Shown here: in pieces, positions 35,061-47,249 of the stretch
Numbering within the stretch: position 1 is the first letter of the stretch
Layout of the letters: every line of letters begins with the position of its first letter
Assembly: GCF_009914755.1 (NCBI RefSeq)
Contig: NC_060938.1
Direction: 5' to 3' (one strand)
From: the human T2T-CHM13v2.0 reference genome, Homo sapiens
DNA length: 64,000 nt
Made by a program: the position numbers and the translations under genes
The notes under the pieces: model-generated
Databases searched by the model: none
Seen by the model: the letters and a program-made list of their open reading frames with translations, nothing else
Told to the model about the DNA's origin: nothing

Positions 35061-38000
35061 TCATATTTTCCAGGATCTTCAGAAGAGACAAAAAAAGTCT
35101 CCATCCCTCCATCCTCTCTTGGACCTGCTTCAGTTCATATCCGCATGTTTAGTACAGATCCAAGCTGGATTATGTCTTTGAATAAGATGAAATGGAAGAT
35201 GTGTTGCTTTAACATTCACTCAAATATAGAAATGATCTCATATGAGTTCCCCTTAATTTCCCTTCATATCTTCTTTTAGAGGCCGGTTTTGTTGCAAATA
35301 TTTTTTTTTCTAGTTGAATGTCTGTTTTCTTAATCTAAATGCATTATTCTTTGGTAAGCCTTAGAAATTGAGTTGCTATAAATGATTCCGCACCTGCTGC
35401 CTATTAGTGAAGATGTTCAATGTTAGCAAACTTGAACCAGTTTGAGCAAAAGTGAGGAGCATATTTCAAGGTGTCTGTAACTGTGGCTGGAAAGGTTGAA
35501 ATAATTGCATAAACAAGACTTCAAGAAGTCATTGCTATTGTGGGTTAGTACAATTAAGAGAATTACTGCAAGCTCAATAAAGATGCTACTACAAATGTAA
35601 ATACTAAATTTTGCAACATAGTCTGTCACAAAATGTTAGATTTCTTTTTAGTATATATTCATATAACAATGAATCACCGTAGCTTCAGAAAGCCTCCGGT
35701 GGAATTGCCAGACAGGATGAATCTACATAAATATGATCTAAGTTGCTGGTTATTAATATTAATATCTACTATTAGACCCTATTTGTTTCTAAAAGCAAAA
35801 TTCAAAGAATTACCTTATCAAGTACCACAATACATCGATCTGATCTGCTGCTTTTCCTATATATCCAAATGTCTATTTAAAACATAGTGTACTACTTGAA
35901 ATATTAAAATATTATAAATCTATCAGTCTTCCTTCTATAAATTCCCTAAATTCTATTTGGAAATGTTTCAGTCTGCTGAAAAGAATTATATATTTATTTA
36001 TATTGATACAATATCTGCACATTTTTGTTGATATCAGAAAATTTGTGGAAATAGAATAAGTAAGAATACTTACAAAATGAATACTAATGAACAGCGAAAT
36101 GTAGTTTGCCTGTATATAACCCATATCAATAAAAATATATCACTCTGTTCATATAATCTTCTACAATGATCTTAATCCCATGAAGTGGGACTCTCTTCCC
36201 TGGTAGAAAACTCTAGAGTTACTGACCGTAGTAACTGTTCCTAAGATCAAAATAATTCTTAATCAAGGGAGTCAGATGATTAATTCGGATGGGATATGCA
36301 CACTCTTCCACTAAGACCAAATCAGAAAATGGGATCTCTTTCAAAGCATGCTTTTAGCAGCCTGGCCTACATTTGAACCAGTGATTTGAGAGATACAATT
36401 CTTTGTGCTTTAAGTTTCGGAAAGTACATGGGAGGGAATCAGATTTTCCCAGAGAATATTATCTGAAGGGCTGTTCATGATTTAGGGGAGAGTATCAAGC
36501 TGGGAATTATCTCTCTAAGTTAGTGCCTGTGTATTTACCCTGCAGTCTGACCTTGCCTTGTGACTCTATGCTGCCTCATTTGAAGAACAGTACATAATAT
36601 ATATCCACATCAAACAAATTCACTGTAGAAATAATAGCTGCTACTTTATCCCTTTGCAGCCTCCCCCAACTTTGCTGCTGGTCCCCTCTAGAGCCAAAAT
36701 GTCTTGTCCTTTTCCCTTAGCTCACAAAGCTCCAGGACACAGCCCGTAATTTATGATTGATGTTTAATGAACATTTGGAGAATAGAGCATAAACAGCCTA
36801 AAACTTAAAGGTAAATGTCACAAAAACATTTGCTCTTAGAGAAACTTTGATTTAGTTCCCACCACAAGAAAGTTCTCACAGTCTTGTCCTTCTCTAGTCC
36901 CAGCTGCCACTAGAAAATTCATACCCCATTATAACTCAAGATCCTTTTCCTCATTTTCTCTTTCAGGTTCCCAACACACTTTTCTCAGAATCAGGAAAGA
37001 AGTCCAAATTCCTATTACTGTCACATGCAGGGGGAAAAAAAAAAAAAAAGAACTTTGAGTCACTTTTTCCATCTGGGTTATAACCAAAGACATTTTCTTG
37101 TACAGCCATTACTTCTAATTATTTTCTTTAGCAAAAGAGTAATTCTTTTTGTAAAAGGATGTTATTTTATTTTACTTTTAAGTGTTCCCAGGCAAAATTT
37201 CTCAAACTGGAGCCTGTGTTAATATAACTTATATGCCTCTACTCATACCATACAGAGCAAGGAATACTAAAGGAATATATAATGTGAACATTGTTACCCT
37301 CTATCTCCAAGAAGCCAAAATGAAGAACAGAGATACTATAAAAGAACAACAACAAATCCATTTTAGTTCATAATGTGGAAAGAATTCACGATGCATGTCC
37401 TCCTTATTCTGGAAACATCCATCTTTCTTAAGAGAGTGACAATCACTTAATTTGGTAAAATTAACTTTGGCTTGAAAAATACACACTTTTTTCATGGCAT
37501 CTAACATTTCTTGGAATTAGCTGATGAGTTTATGTAACCTGGATTCATAATACTACTTTTATGGATTCTATTTTTCCTTTTGAATGTTTGATGGATTTTT
37601 CATTGTCCTTTGTATGATCATCTAAATGGAATTTAAAACAATGTTAACTTTCTGAGGATATAAAATGAAAACTTGGGAACTAGCTTTGGTTAGAACACCA
37701 CTATCCAGAGGCATACGTGCAATTAGATATTAACAATATGGACTTATTTTTTGCACATGACACAAGGCTAAAATCATCTGCAGATTTAACTTGAGGAAAC
37801 AATTTCTTCCTCAGGGCATTTTGGCATTTTGGCAGAAATCTTGAGCTGCCTTTTCCTCTCCTCTTTTGGCTCTTCTCCCTGGGGCTCAGAGCCGGGACTA
37901 TCCATTAAGATCAGATGCGTGTAATCATGATCAATTTCCTGCAAGTGTAGAAGGGCTGGGCACTTGCGATGTTGGGCCTCACATTTTTTATTCTGTTTCC

Positions 38001-38499
38001 TCGGGTGGTGTTTTTCTATCTGTAATAGCAGCTGGATTCCAACTATGTAGTGGAGAGTAGAAGAGAGAAATGAAACTCCTCTTAGGTATAAAAATATGCA
38101 ATATTTGTCTGGTTTCTTTTTCTTTAAATGAATTCTCTGTAGTTCCAGTTTCCCTACTGCATGCAATGTGAAGAAAGCTATGGGAACGCAGGCTCAACTC
38201 AATGCACACTTATTTGATGCCACAAATCTGAAGAAATGTCACTTTATTTCAAATGTCAGTATCCAGCATTTCATGAAGAACAAATCTGCCTTAGAAAGTC
38301 CCCAAAGTACCTATAACTGGCTCTTGCTTACTTAAAGCCTCAGCTGTGAAAAGGCATCTTCATTTTTGTTAGCACTCAATATATTTGGGACTTGAAGGAC
38401 ACCTGGTACATTGGCAAGTTGTATATAAAATAACAAAAGAAGAGTAGGAGGAACTTTCTTCTTCTCCACAGGTGAGAAAGAATGATTTTTACACACACA

Positions 38500-38667
38500 C
38501 CCATTTTATCCATGGACATAAAAATTGTGATTTAAACAAAATTTCTGAAAAATCAAATATTTTAATACTGTAATGTTATTTTTTTGCCCATTTTACCCAG
38601 AAACACAAAGATTGTGTCTTAAAAAAATTCTGAAAAATCAAATATTTCAATACCTTAATATTTTTTT
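38500..38667. repeat. Diverged tandem duplication, ~87-bp unit, two copies
   Basis: CCCATTTTA at 38500 and 38587. Both copies contain ATTGTG and TTCTGAAAAATCAAATATTT. Confidence 0.88.
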
Positions 38668-39059
38668 CAGTTCCTTTTAGAAATACTTCCCTGGACCTAT
38701 AATTTTCTGATACTTTTCTCTTAGCTTTTCGTTAAGAATGGAGATTTTTCAAATTTGTTCTATGAAGAATATTCTGCATCTTTTATGCAACTGTTCCCAT
38801 AGAAATTATTCATTTTGATATTCAATTCTTCTAATATGCAGATATATACAATGCACTAGGAAAATCATCTCACTTTATTTAATTATTATTATGTAAAGGG
38901 AATGTATAAAATAATTTCTTCCTTGCTTGCTAGGAGGCCCACTGTTAAATTTTAAGTTTACTTGCTGTTAGTATTCTTAGCTCAGGCTTTCTGGTAAAAC
39001 TTCCCACATCATCTTTAGTAACTAATGTTAATTGTAATTATTGTGGTAATAGAGAGGTT

Positions 39060-39380
39060 TACTTCCCTCTACCCAACTCAGCTACATCTCAGGGCAAGGA
39101 GTGTGGTGCATTAATAGTCATGCTGGAGCGTCGTAGGGAGGCTCCCTCATGGGGCATCTGGCAATTGTCAAATGTAGCAAGTCATGGCTTTCACCATATG
39201 GTTCCTACTTAGCAGCTGACAGTGAGGAGGCTCAGTGCAAGCAAACAGAAGTCCTTATTCATGTAAAGGTTTGATGGTTGACTGACCCAAGTTCTTAGTT
39301 CAGGTGATGTTAATTTTCTATTTATGTACAAACGGTACAGTCAGCTAGTGAGGGCTCCAGGCAACGGAACTGAGAATACC
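39060..39380. promoter_or_regulatory. Candidate bHLH/TALE-motif enhancer
   Basis: Six CANNTG E-boxes in 39155-39306 plus TGACA(G) sites, in repeat-free sequence. Function is inferred only. Confidence 0.35.
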
Positions 39381-39889
39381 ACCAATTACCCTTGCAATAA
39401 ACTTTCTCTGGGCCAGCATTCTACTGGCTCCTCCTGGACAGCTGTCTTCTCAGAACAATTTTCTGAATGAGGCTCCCCATCTTTCTGCAGCTTCCTAATC
39501 TTTCTTCCTTCTTTTCTATCAAGCCTCTCTGACTTAATGCATGTATCTATTCATGCCTCCAGGCTGAGAGTTCCAGTTGTTATTTGGAAGTCTTCCATGG
39601 CTATTCAACAAGAAGAACCTAAATTCTTATTAAATCTTGAGCATATATTAGCATGAGAACATTTACCTCTCCTATCCTTGAATTCAGAGAAGACTCAGTC
39701 TTCAAAAACATGACCAAATGACATCCATCCCTGAAAGGAAGAATGCATTTTCTATTCAAACTGACAAAACTGTTTCTCCATTCTAGGGTGGTTTAAGTCC
39801 ATTATTACAGTGAAGCAAATAAAAAAAGTGAAAAATACTTTTCCTAGGCAAATAGGTTGAAGATTCAAATTCTACTGATTTCTAAGGAT

Positions 39890-40090
39890 CATTAGTGCAT
39901 TACAGTTAATAATTAAATTTTGTGTACATTACCTTTATCCTTATAAAAATAATGTTATCATCCTCCTCAACATGGAAATAGAAAAATAGAAGCTCAGGAA
40001 AATAGTAACTTGTCCAGGATTGCAGAGTAGAAATTGGAAAGCCAGATGTTACACTCTACTTTTTTTAGTACTCTTCTTTGCCACATAGTA
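39890..40090 (-). mobile_element. MIR fragment
   Basis: GAAAAATAGAAGCTCAGGAAAATAGTAACTTGTCCAGGATTGCAGAG. Confidence 0.7.
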
Positions 40091-41284
40091 GCCTTCTCAA
40101 GTCAATTCCCTTCCCCATGTCATATTGTGTTAATGATTTTAGTACAGAATTGCTCCCTTTTTTTTTTGGTTATGTTTTTAAGCAACTCTTACTGATTAAT
40201 TATTTTTAAATAAGGTGTGGTAAAAATCTTAAGTACTCCAAAGCATGTTTTATGTTTAAAGAAAACAATGAAAATTCCACTAATATTGTTAATCAATTAG
40301 ACTCCCAAGCTGCAATAGATGATACATTGTTTTGAAGGGGATGAAAATACCAGCTAATATGTACCTTGGCTGTTTTAAATATGGTTAAAATTTGTCCTTA
40401 AATAATGCCCCCAAAAACCTGCAGAAGTTACTATATTCTATAAAGTGGTGAATCACCCCCATGAATAACTCTGATCTTAATTCTAGCCCTACATGAGGAT
40501 TTTACTCATACATTTTAAAGAGATGGAACTTTTAGTCTCCATCATTTACCTTAAGAGACTTGAGAGACTCAAATTAAGTAAATGACTGGAAATGTCAAGT
40601 AATTAAACATCTGGTTTTTAATATGAAACAAATCACTTCATGCCTGTGGTCTCTGTCACTTGATCCCTCCCAGTGCTCTGTGTTTAAGCTGCTTCTGGCT
40701 ATATTTAACCTCTTTGCCAAGCCAGACATAACTCCATGCTTCCCATGGTAGGCCTGGCCATTCTTGTCCCCAAGGACTTCTTCTAGGATTGCTGGGTCTG
40801 TGGCTCAGGCCTGAGTTTAGAGTCTAGTTTCTTTCTTGCTCTACTTAGGATAAAATATAGCTGAAGGAAGTGATACTGATATATGTTTAACTTCAACTGG
40901 GACTTTTAATTTTTTGTGTGTGAGTGAACAGAGAAACTCCCTCTGCTACCTGTCCCCTGAAAGCTGGTACTAAGTCTTTCTCATGGAAAGAACACTGTCT
41001 CATCTGATTTTTGAGATGGCATATTTGGACCTCTTATTCATTTTCTTTTTAAAACTCTTTAATAGGATATATTTTTTCAAGGGCTGCACCAACCACTGAA
41101 AAACAAAGTGTTTTTTCGTGTATGCCTAATGCAAATGAGGAAGATTTGGGTTTTTAGGGTACCCCATATATGAGGCAAAGTGGACAGACAAGATTTCTTC
41201 TTCATCCTAAAGCCACCACATCTATACGATTGGTAGCAACATCTTGCCACTAATAGTAAACAACTGTTGTTTTCGTCTCTGCAG

Positions 41285-41820
41285 AATCTGTGATCCCTCC
41301 TCTAATTTATACTTAGAGTCCTCCCCTCCTCAGTTTCAGTCCATGAGCTCAGGTGTGACCATCTCCAACTTTGTTTCAGGGCTAGGCCTAGCTAATTAGC
41401 TTGTTCCATTCCCTAGAGATAGTCACTAGTTTAGGTCAGAGCAAGTATAGACCCATGACATTTCAATTCTGGAATTTTCCTGGAAAAATTAAGCAGAAGA
41501 ATCAATCTCTTTTTCTGCTGAACTTGCTTAAAGAAGAGAATACAAGCTTGAAGTTTCTGCCGGCTATTTTTTCACCACTGACAAAAAATATTGGCTTAAT
41601 GAGATTAACGAACAAAGAAACACATAAAACAGATGCAGGAGATGATTCAAATTGGAGTATAATATCTAAGCACTAACAAACCCTATCTTTATGCTTTTCA
41701 ATAGAATGAGTCAATACATTCCTTTTTTTGTTTAAACCAACTTAATTTAATTTGAGGGATTTTTGTTTTTATTTTTATTTTTTATATATATAAGCAGATG
41801 ATTCTTGATCAACATAACTC
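41285..41820 (+). mobile_element. Old MaLR LTR (MLT1K/J-like)
   Basis: TTCAGTCCATG...TCCATTCCCT...AATCTCTTTTCTGCTG...ATGAGTCAATACATTCCTTTTTTTGTTTAAACCA. Confidence 0.65.
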
Positions 41821-42116
41821 TACTTCAAACGCCCAAATAATTTTAGTTCAGATGTAACCTTCGTTTTGACAGTGGTGTAAATTGCATTATCAAACTCCTA
41901 TTTTGATCTCAGTTTGGTTTCTTGACTATTTTCACGTCAAATGAAGGGGCAGGAATTAATTGTGCTTTCTAAAACTTCTAATATCTCATGATTAATCTCT
42001 TGTGAGAAATGACTGGTTAAAATTCTTCTCTCCATAATATAAACCCATAATCTTTTCTGCCTATACTAAGTCATCTGGGCTTACCTAGTTACTAAAAAGA
42101 CAGGTTTTTCATGTTT

Positions 42117-42254
42117 ATGATTGCTAGATCAAACATAGGCATGAGACATACTTAAACTACCTATGTTTAAGTATTTATCTGGAATTGAGTGTTTATCCGA
42201 AATTTTAGGTTAATTGGATGTCTGTTATTTTTATTTGTTAAATCTAGCAATTCT
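42117..42254. mobile_element. MER53 hAT MITE, internally deleted
   Basis: Termini ATGATTGCTAGAT and AAATCTAGCAATTCT are degenerate inverted repeats. Internal GACATACTTA and TGTTTATCCGAAATT...TATTTTTATTTGTTAAATCT. Confidence 0.75.
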
Positions 42255-44149
42255 CCTCATTGTGCTCATACAAACACATGAAAGTTCTAGCACTTTCTCT
42301 GGTTTCATTTGAATTAAATGCTACACATTCCTTAATTATAGACTTAGTTCCACTATTATCTATGCCAGCAGTATTTATCTGACTATTGCTTTTATTTATA
42401 TTTGTTGTGGTTTAATGAAGCCTAACTGTGGATCATTCCAGGAAATATGAAAAAGGTGAAAAAAAATTGGAGGTTCTTTGACATTCAAGGAGTATTTAGT
42501 TTGAAAAAGTCTAAGGGCTAGAGATAGGGGAGAAGTTTCATTCCATAATCAAATATGTCTTAAACAGAAGAGACAACAAATATAATCCATACTTATCCAG
42601 AATATACAGCTTGAATGATAGGGAAAGTTATAGGGTAGCACGTTAGATTTCATATAAGTCTAACTAGAAAGAAAATTAGTGTTATAATCAGCATTTCCTA
42701 TGGAATGAAATAGAATACATTTCTGCCTATAGAGACGGCTGGTGTTTGAGAAAGGAAGATATTTGTTAAGAACATCATGAAAGATACTCTTGCATTGTTG
42801 TTTTCTGCAGGTGGGTCATGAAATATAATTTTGGGAGGTCCATGGACCTGAGGAAAGAAGACAGATGGCGAAAAGTTATGGAGTCATAGTGAGTGAGAAT
42901 GGTTTCCAGAGAAAGACACGCTCATGAGGTTGTAGTGGAAAATCCACAGTGACAAATTTGTCACAGCAAGGTAGCAAGATAATTTTAAGAGAGAGATAGA
43001 CTAATACGCAACTTTGAATTGTTTCCTGATCCTAACTGGGATGTGGATTCCCTCTATTATCTCAAAACCATCTCTAAATGAGGTGCATGCACAAGTGTTG
43101 TATTAATAAAACTGGGTTTTCCAGAAACAGAAGCTCTGGTTATAAGCAGAGTGAAATCTGAAGAAAGAAAAGGGAGTCATACGGACTTGAGAAAATGAGA
43201 GAGGGCAAAGAAGCTACCAGAGAAGGAAAGTAAAGCAGGATGAAGTCAGGGAAATTCAAGGTGTTATGTAGAACCTCAGAAAGTTAAGATACAAGGATAG
43301 ACACAGTGGAAGATGGTGTCTCAAACATTTTTTTAAAAATTTTTAAGTTTTATCTAATAAGGAAGAGTGCTTGGGGATAAACCAGTGACATGAGAATACG
43401 CTTTTTTGTAGAACTTTCCTTCGATGAGATAGGTTGCTTTATGTTACAGTGGAAGACGTGACATTATTTATGCTCTCTGATAAGGCCAATATAAAAGGGA
43501 TCTTTGGATTGGATGGGAAAATAGATGAAGGAGTTCTCTTATCACTTATGGTCCACACTGTTTAAATTAAATCTCTCACACCTTTCTATGTAGGTACTCT
43601 TTCATGGTTCACTACACTATGTTCAAATTCCTAGAGCATTCTTATGTGGATTTTGAGCTTCCTGAGAAACTAAGAATTTTATTCTGTCTTGATATCACTT
43701 ATGACACAATATTAGAAACAATGTAGTGGAAAATCACTGGCCCAATTAGTGATTAGGTATGTACCAAAAAAAAAAAAAAAGACTATTTGCAACTCAATAA
43801 CTGACAACAAAGAAAGAAAATATAGACACAAAACAAAACAAAACAAAAAGGCAAGAAGACACTATTCAATTTATTGCAAGTTAAGATATATCTATAGAAT
43901 TAAATGATTTTAAATAAGCTAATATATTCTTAGGCTATACTATGAGGGTAATGGAGAAAATGAAAATGATAGCAAGTTTATGACCACTCTTACTTATGTT
44001 ACAAAAGCTAAGTCTGAAATATTACTCTTAATTCTCAGCTCCACTTAAAGATTAGAAAAGTGTTACATCATCTAACGAAAAGACACAATGGTAAATTGCT
44101 AACCATAACAATATTAAAATTTATAATGAAAAAACTATTAACCTCAGTT

Positions 44150-45055
44150 AAACAGTTTTCATTTTACATATTTCCTGTGTATAGTTAATATTTTTCAAAT
44201 TATAATCACAGTGTGTACCATGCCTTATAGTGTTATTTTTTCCCAGTTGCATTTTTTTAAAATTCTGCAAATGGGCAACTTTAATGATTACCTAATGTTC
44301 CATTGTGTGGATGCAATACTATAATAATTCCAAATTATTTTTAGTTAAAATTGTTTACAATTATCATGAAAATAAATGCTTTTATAAATCAGGTTTTTTA
44401 TATTTTAAATCATGTTATTTGATTAGATTCATAGCAGTAGAATGTCTACATAAATGAGATGAACAACTTGCGGTGCATATAGATAGGGTCTTACACTTAT
44501 TTAATCACCCATATTAATATATCATGAACTTTCTTCGAGTATTATTATTTCTGAGCATTTATAATTTAAGAGACTCAAAATAAACATTTGTATTTTTAAA
44601 ATTTACCAGTGAGTTTTAATGTGCTCCCCAACATGTACTGAAACTTTTCATTAGCTAATAACCCTATAGTCATATATAATCATAATTATTAACATTAGCT
44701 ATTTATATTACCTTTATCCAAACTTGTTTTTTAGTTGTTTGTTCAAACTTTACCCATCTATTATTGAGATTATAATGCTTCAAATCGGTTTATAAGAATG
44801 CTTTGTTTAGAATACTTTATATATATTTCAATTTATTATTGTCTTCTTAGTATTTTCATTTTAAGTTTGATATTGTTATAAGGGCACAGTTTGGAAAACT
44901 TTCTGTTCGTTAAAATCTTTATAAGTATCATTTGATGCATCTGGCAGTAAGTACAATATTAGAAAATCTCTACCAGTGATCCCTCTGATATTTTTAATTT
45001 TAGAGATAATTTTTAATTCATCTAATATCATATGGTTGATCTATGTGTAATAGTT
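44150..45055 (-). mobile_element. Very old L1 (L1ME-class) fragment, probably continuing at ~45420-45810 after the Alu
   Basis: TTTAATGATTACCTAATGTTCCATTGTGTGGATG...TTGTTTACAATT. After the Alu: CCATTTATTAA...CCAGATAAATTT...TTTGATTGAAAT. Confidence 0.6.
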
Positions 45056-45063
45056 TAGATTAC

Positions 45064-45406
45064 TTTTTTTTTTTTTTTGAGATGGAGTCTTGCTCTTGTT
45101 GCCCAGGCTGGAGTGCAATGGTGGAGATGGAGTCTTGCTCTTGTTGCCCAGGCTGGAGTGCAATGGTGCGATCTCGGCTCACTGCAACCTCTGACTCCTG
45201 GATTCAAGTGATTCTTTGGCCTCAGCCTCCCAGGTAACTGGGATTACAGGCGTGTGCCACCACACCCGGCTAATTTTTGTATTTTTAGTAGAGACAAGGT
45301 TTCACCATGTTGGTCAGGCTGGTCTTGAACTCCTGACCTTAAGTGATCCTCCCATCTTGGCCTCCCAAAGTGCTGGGATTACAGGCATGAGCCACCGCAC
45401 CTGGCC
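45064..45406 (-). mobile_element. Alu (AluS, Sq/Sx-like) with an internal perfect 45-bp tandem duplication and TSD
   Basis: Full antisense Alu. 45079-45123 is identical to 45124-45168. TSD TAGATTACTTTT (45056-45067) / TATATTACTTTT (45407-45418). Confidence 0.97.
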
Positions 45407-46140
45407 TATATTACTTTTATGAAGTGAAAGATGAAGATCTACATTGATTTTTTTTTCTAAATGATTAAGTAATTGGTTAAGTTCCATTTATTAATTTGCC
45501 TTTGCCTTCCTTATTGATTTGGGCTAACACTTGCATCTATTTAGTTATTTTATAAAATTAATTCAATTTTAATGAAACTTTTTATTTTTGCATATATTTT
45601 CAATTGAGTATAATAATTTTTAATGATGATTCATTAATTTAGTGTAAAAAGTTCTAAAATTCATTAGTCTATCATGACTTTTCTATATCCAAATTTTCTA
45701 TGCTTTTCTCACACCTTTTCTAATCCAGATAAATTTAATAATTATTTTATTAATTGAAAAGTTACTGATAAGAGTTTGATTGAAATCATATTCACAGTAG
45801 CTATTTTTACTTTTGAGGCATATTGAAGACTCCAATCCCAAGCCACTTTGGTCAATGTGAATAGTCCTAATTAATGCAATCTACATAAAATGACTTGTAT
45901 TACGTGTAGAAAGTATAAATGAATGAAAAAGAAATCTCTATGGACTTTCTTTCCCGGCAAGTTGAAAAAGGGACTCGTACTTTCATGTTGTGAAAGGAGT
46001 TACACTTTCATTGCGTAAAGTCTTTGAGATTGGTAAGTAATCAGCTGGTCCTGCCTAAATGAGGCTATCCTGAGTTGTGCAGTACTATTTTTGAATTAGA
46101 TTTATTTCTTCTGGAGGCAAATTCTATGGGGATAAACATA

Positions 46141-46353
46141 TCCCCTTTCCTTCCTTCCTTCCTTCCCTCCCTCCCTCCCTCTTCTTTCGTTCTTTCTTTT
46201 TGTTTCTTTCTTTCTTTTCTTTCTTTCCTTCCTTCCTTTCTTTTTTTCTTTTCCTTCCTTCCTTCCTTCCTTTCTCTTTCTTCCTTTCTTCCTTTCCTTT
46301 CCTTCCATTTCCTTCCTTTCTTGCTTCTTCTTTTTTTCTTTTTTTTTTTTTTT
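46141..46353. repeat. (TTCC)n/(TTTC)n polypyrimidine tract, expanded tail of the adjacent Alu
   Basis: About 210 nt of almost pure C/T, ending in poly(T) that abuts the Alu 3' end. Confidence 0.93.
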
Positions 46354-46571
<218 letters not shown>

Positions 46572-47249
46572 GGATAGATTTTCTTTTTCTTCCAATATAA
46601 CATTTTATCATGGGTTGTATGTGTATGTGTGTGTGTGGTTTTTTGGCGTTTTTATTTGTTTGTTTGCTTTTGCTATTTTACTTTCATTTGAATTGTATTT
46701 ATGAGAAAAGTCAGTGTTTTCTCTTACACTAATAGATGAGTAGAAATTCTTTGAGTAACGCTCTTGCTTCCTTGCTCCATAAAACAAGTTTCTGAATATG
46801 ATCCACCCTTAGGAACATATCTGGGTTGGCATTGCAGTGATTAGAATCTGATATTTCAATGCCCCAAACTATGGCTGCTTCTCAGGGAAGTAAGGAATTT
46901 GAAGCTAGTAGACAGGAATGGGCCACTGAGAAATGGACAGCATAGAGATAACTTGAACAGGTAGCGGTATAGGTTAAAGTCAATTCCTATGATACCCTAG
47001 CAGTGATATTGATAGTGGAAGTAGAAACTAGATGGTGGGCTGAGTCTGGTACTCTGGCTTTGAATTAAAACACTGATGAAGGGTCAAGGTAGATCCTGGA
47101 TGGACCCGCCCTGTGAATACTCAAATTCAGAAGCAAATCCACTTTGGCATAAAAGTTGTTCAAGAAAGTTTGACAATTTTCTCACAGATTAACAATAAAC
47201 ATAATTTCACATAAAATGATTTTCAAATATAGAAGGTGATACATTATGT

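Noticed and set aside
37786-38166. 126-aa ORF on the - strand (MHAVGKLELQ...)
   Set aside because: No recognisable domain or family and no supporting exon structure. An ORF of this length can occur by chance in 64 kb.
38500-38667. Direct repeats considered as a CRISPR-like or other prokaryotic array (also 55024-55084 and 13679-13740)
   Set aside because: There is no repeat-spacer periodicity with unique spacers and no cas-like ORFs, and the context is primate DNA.
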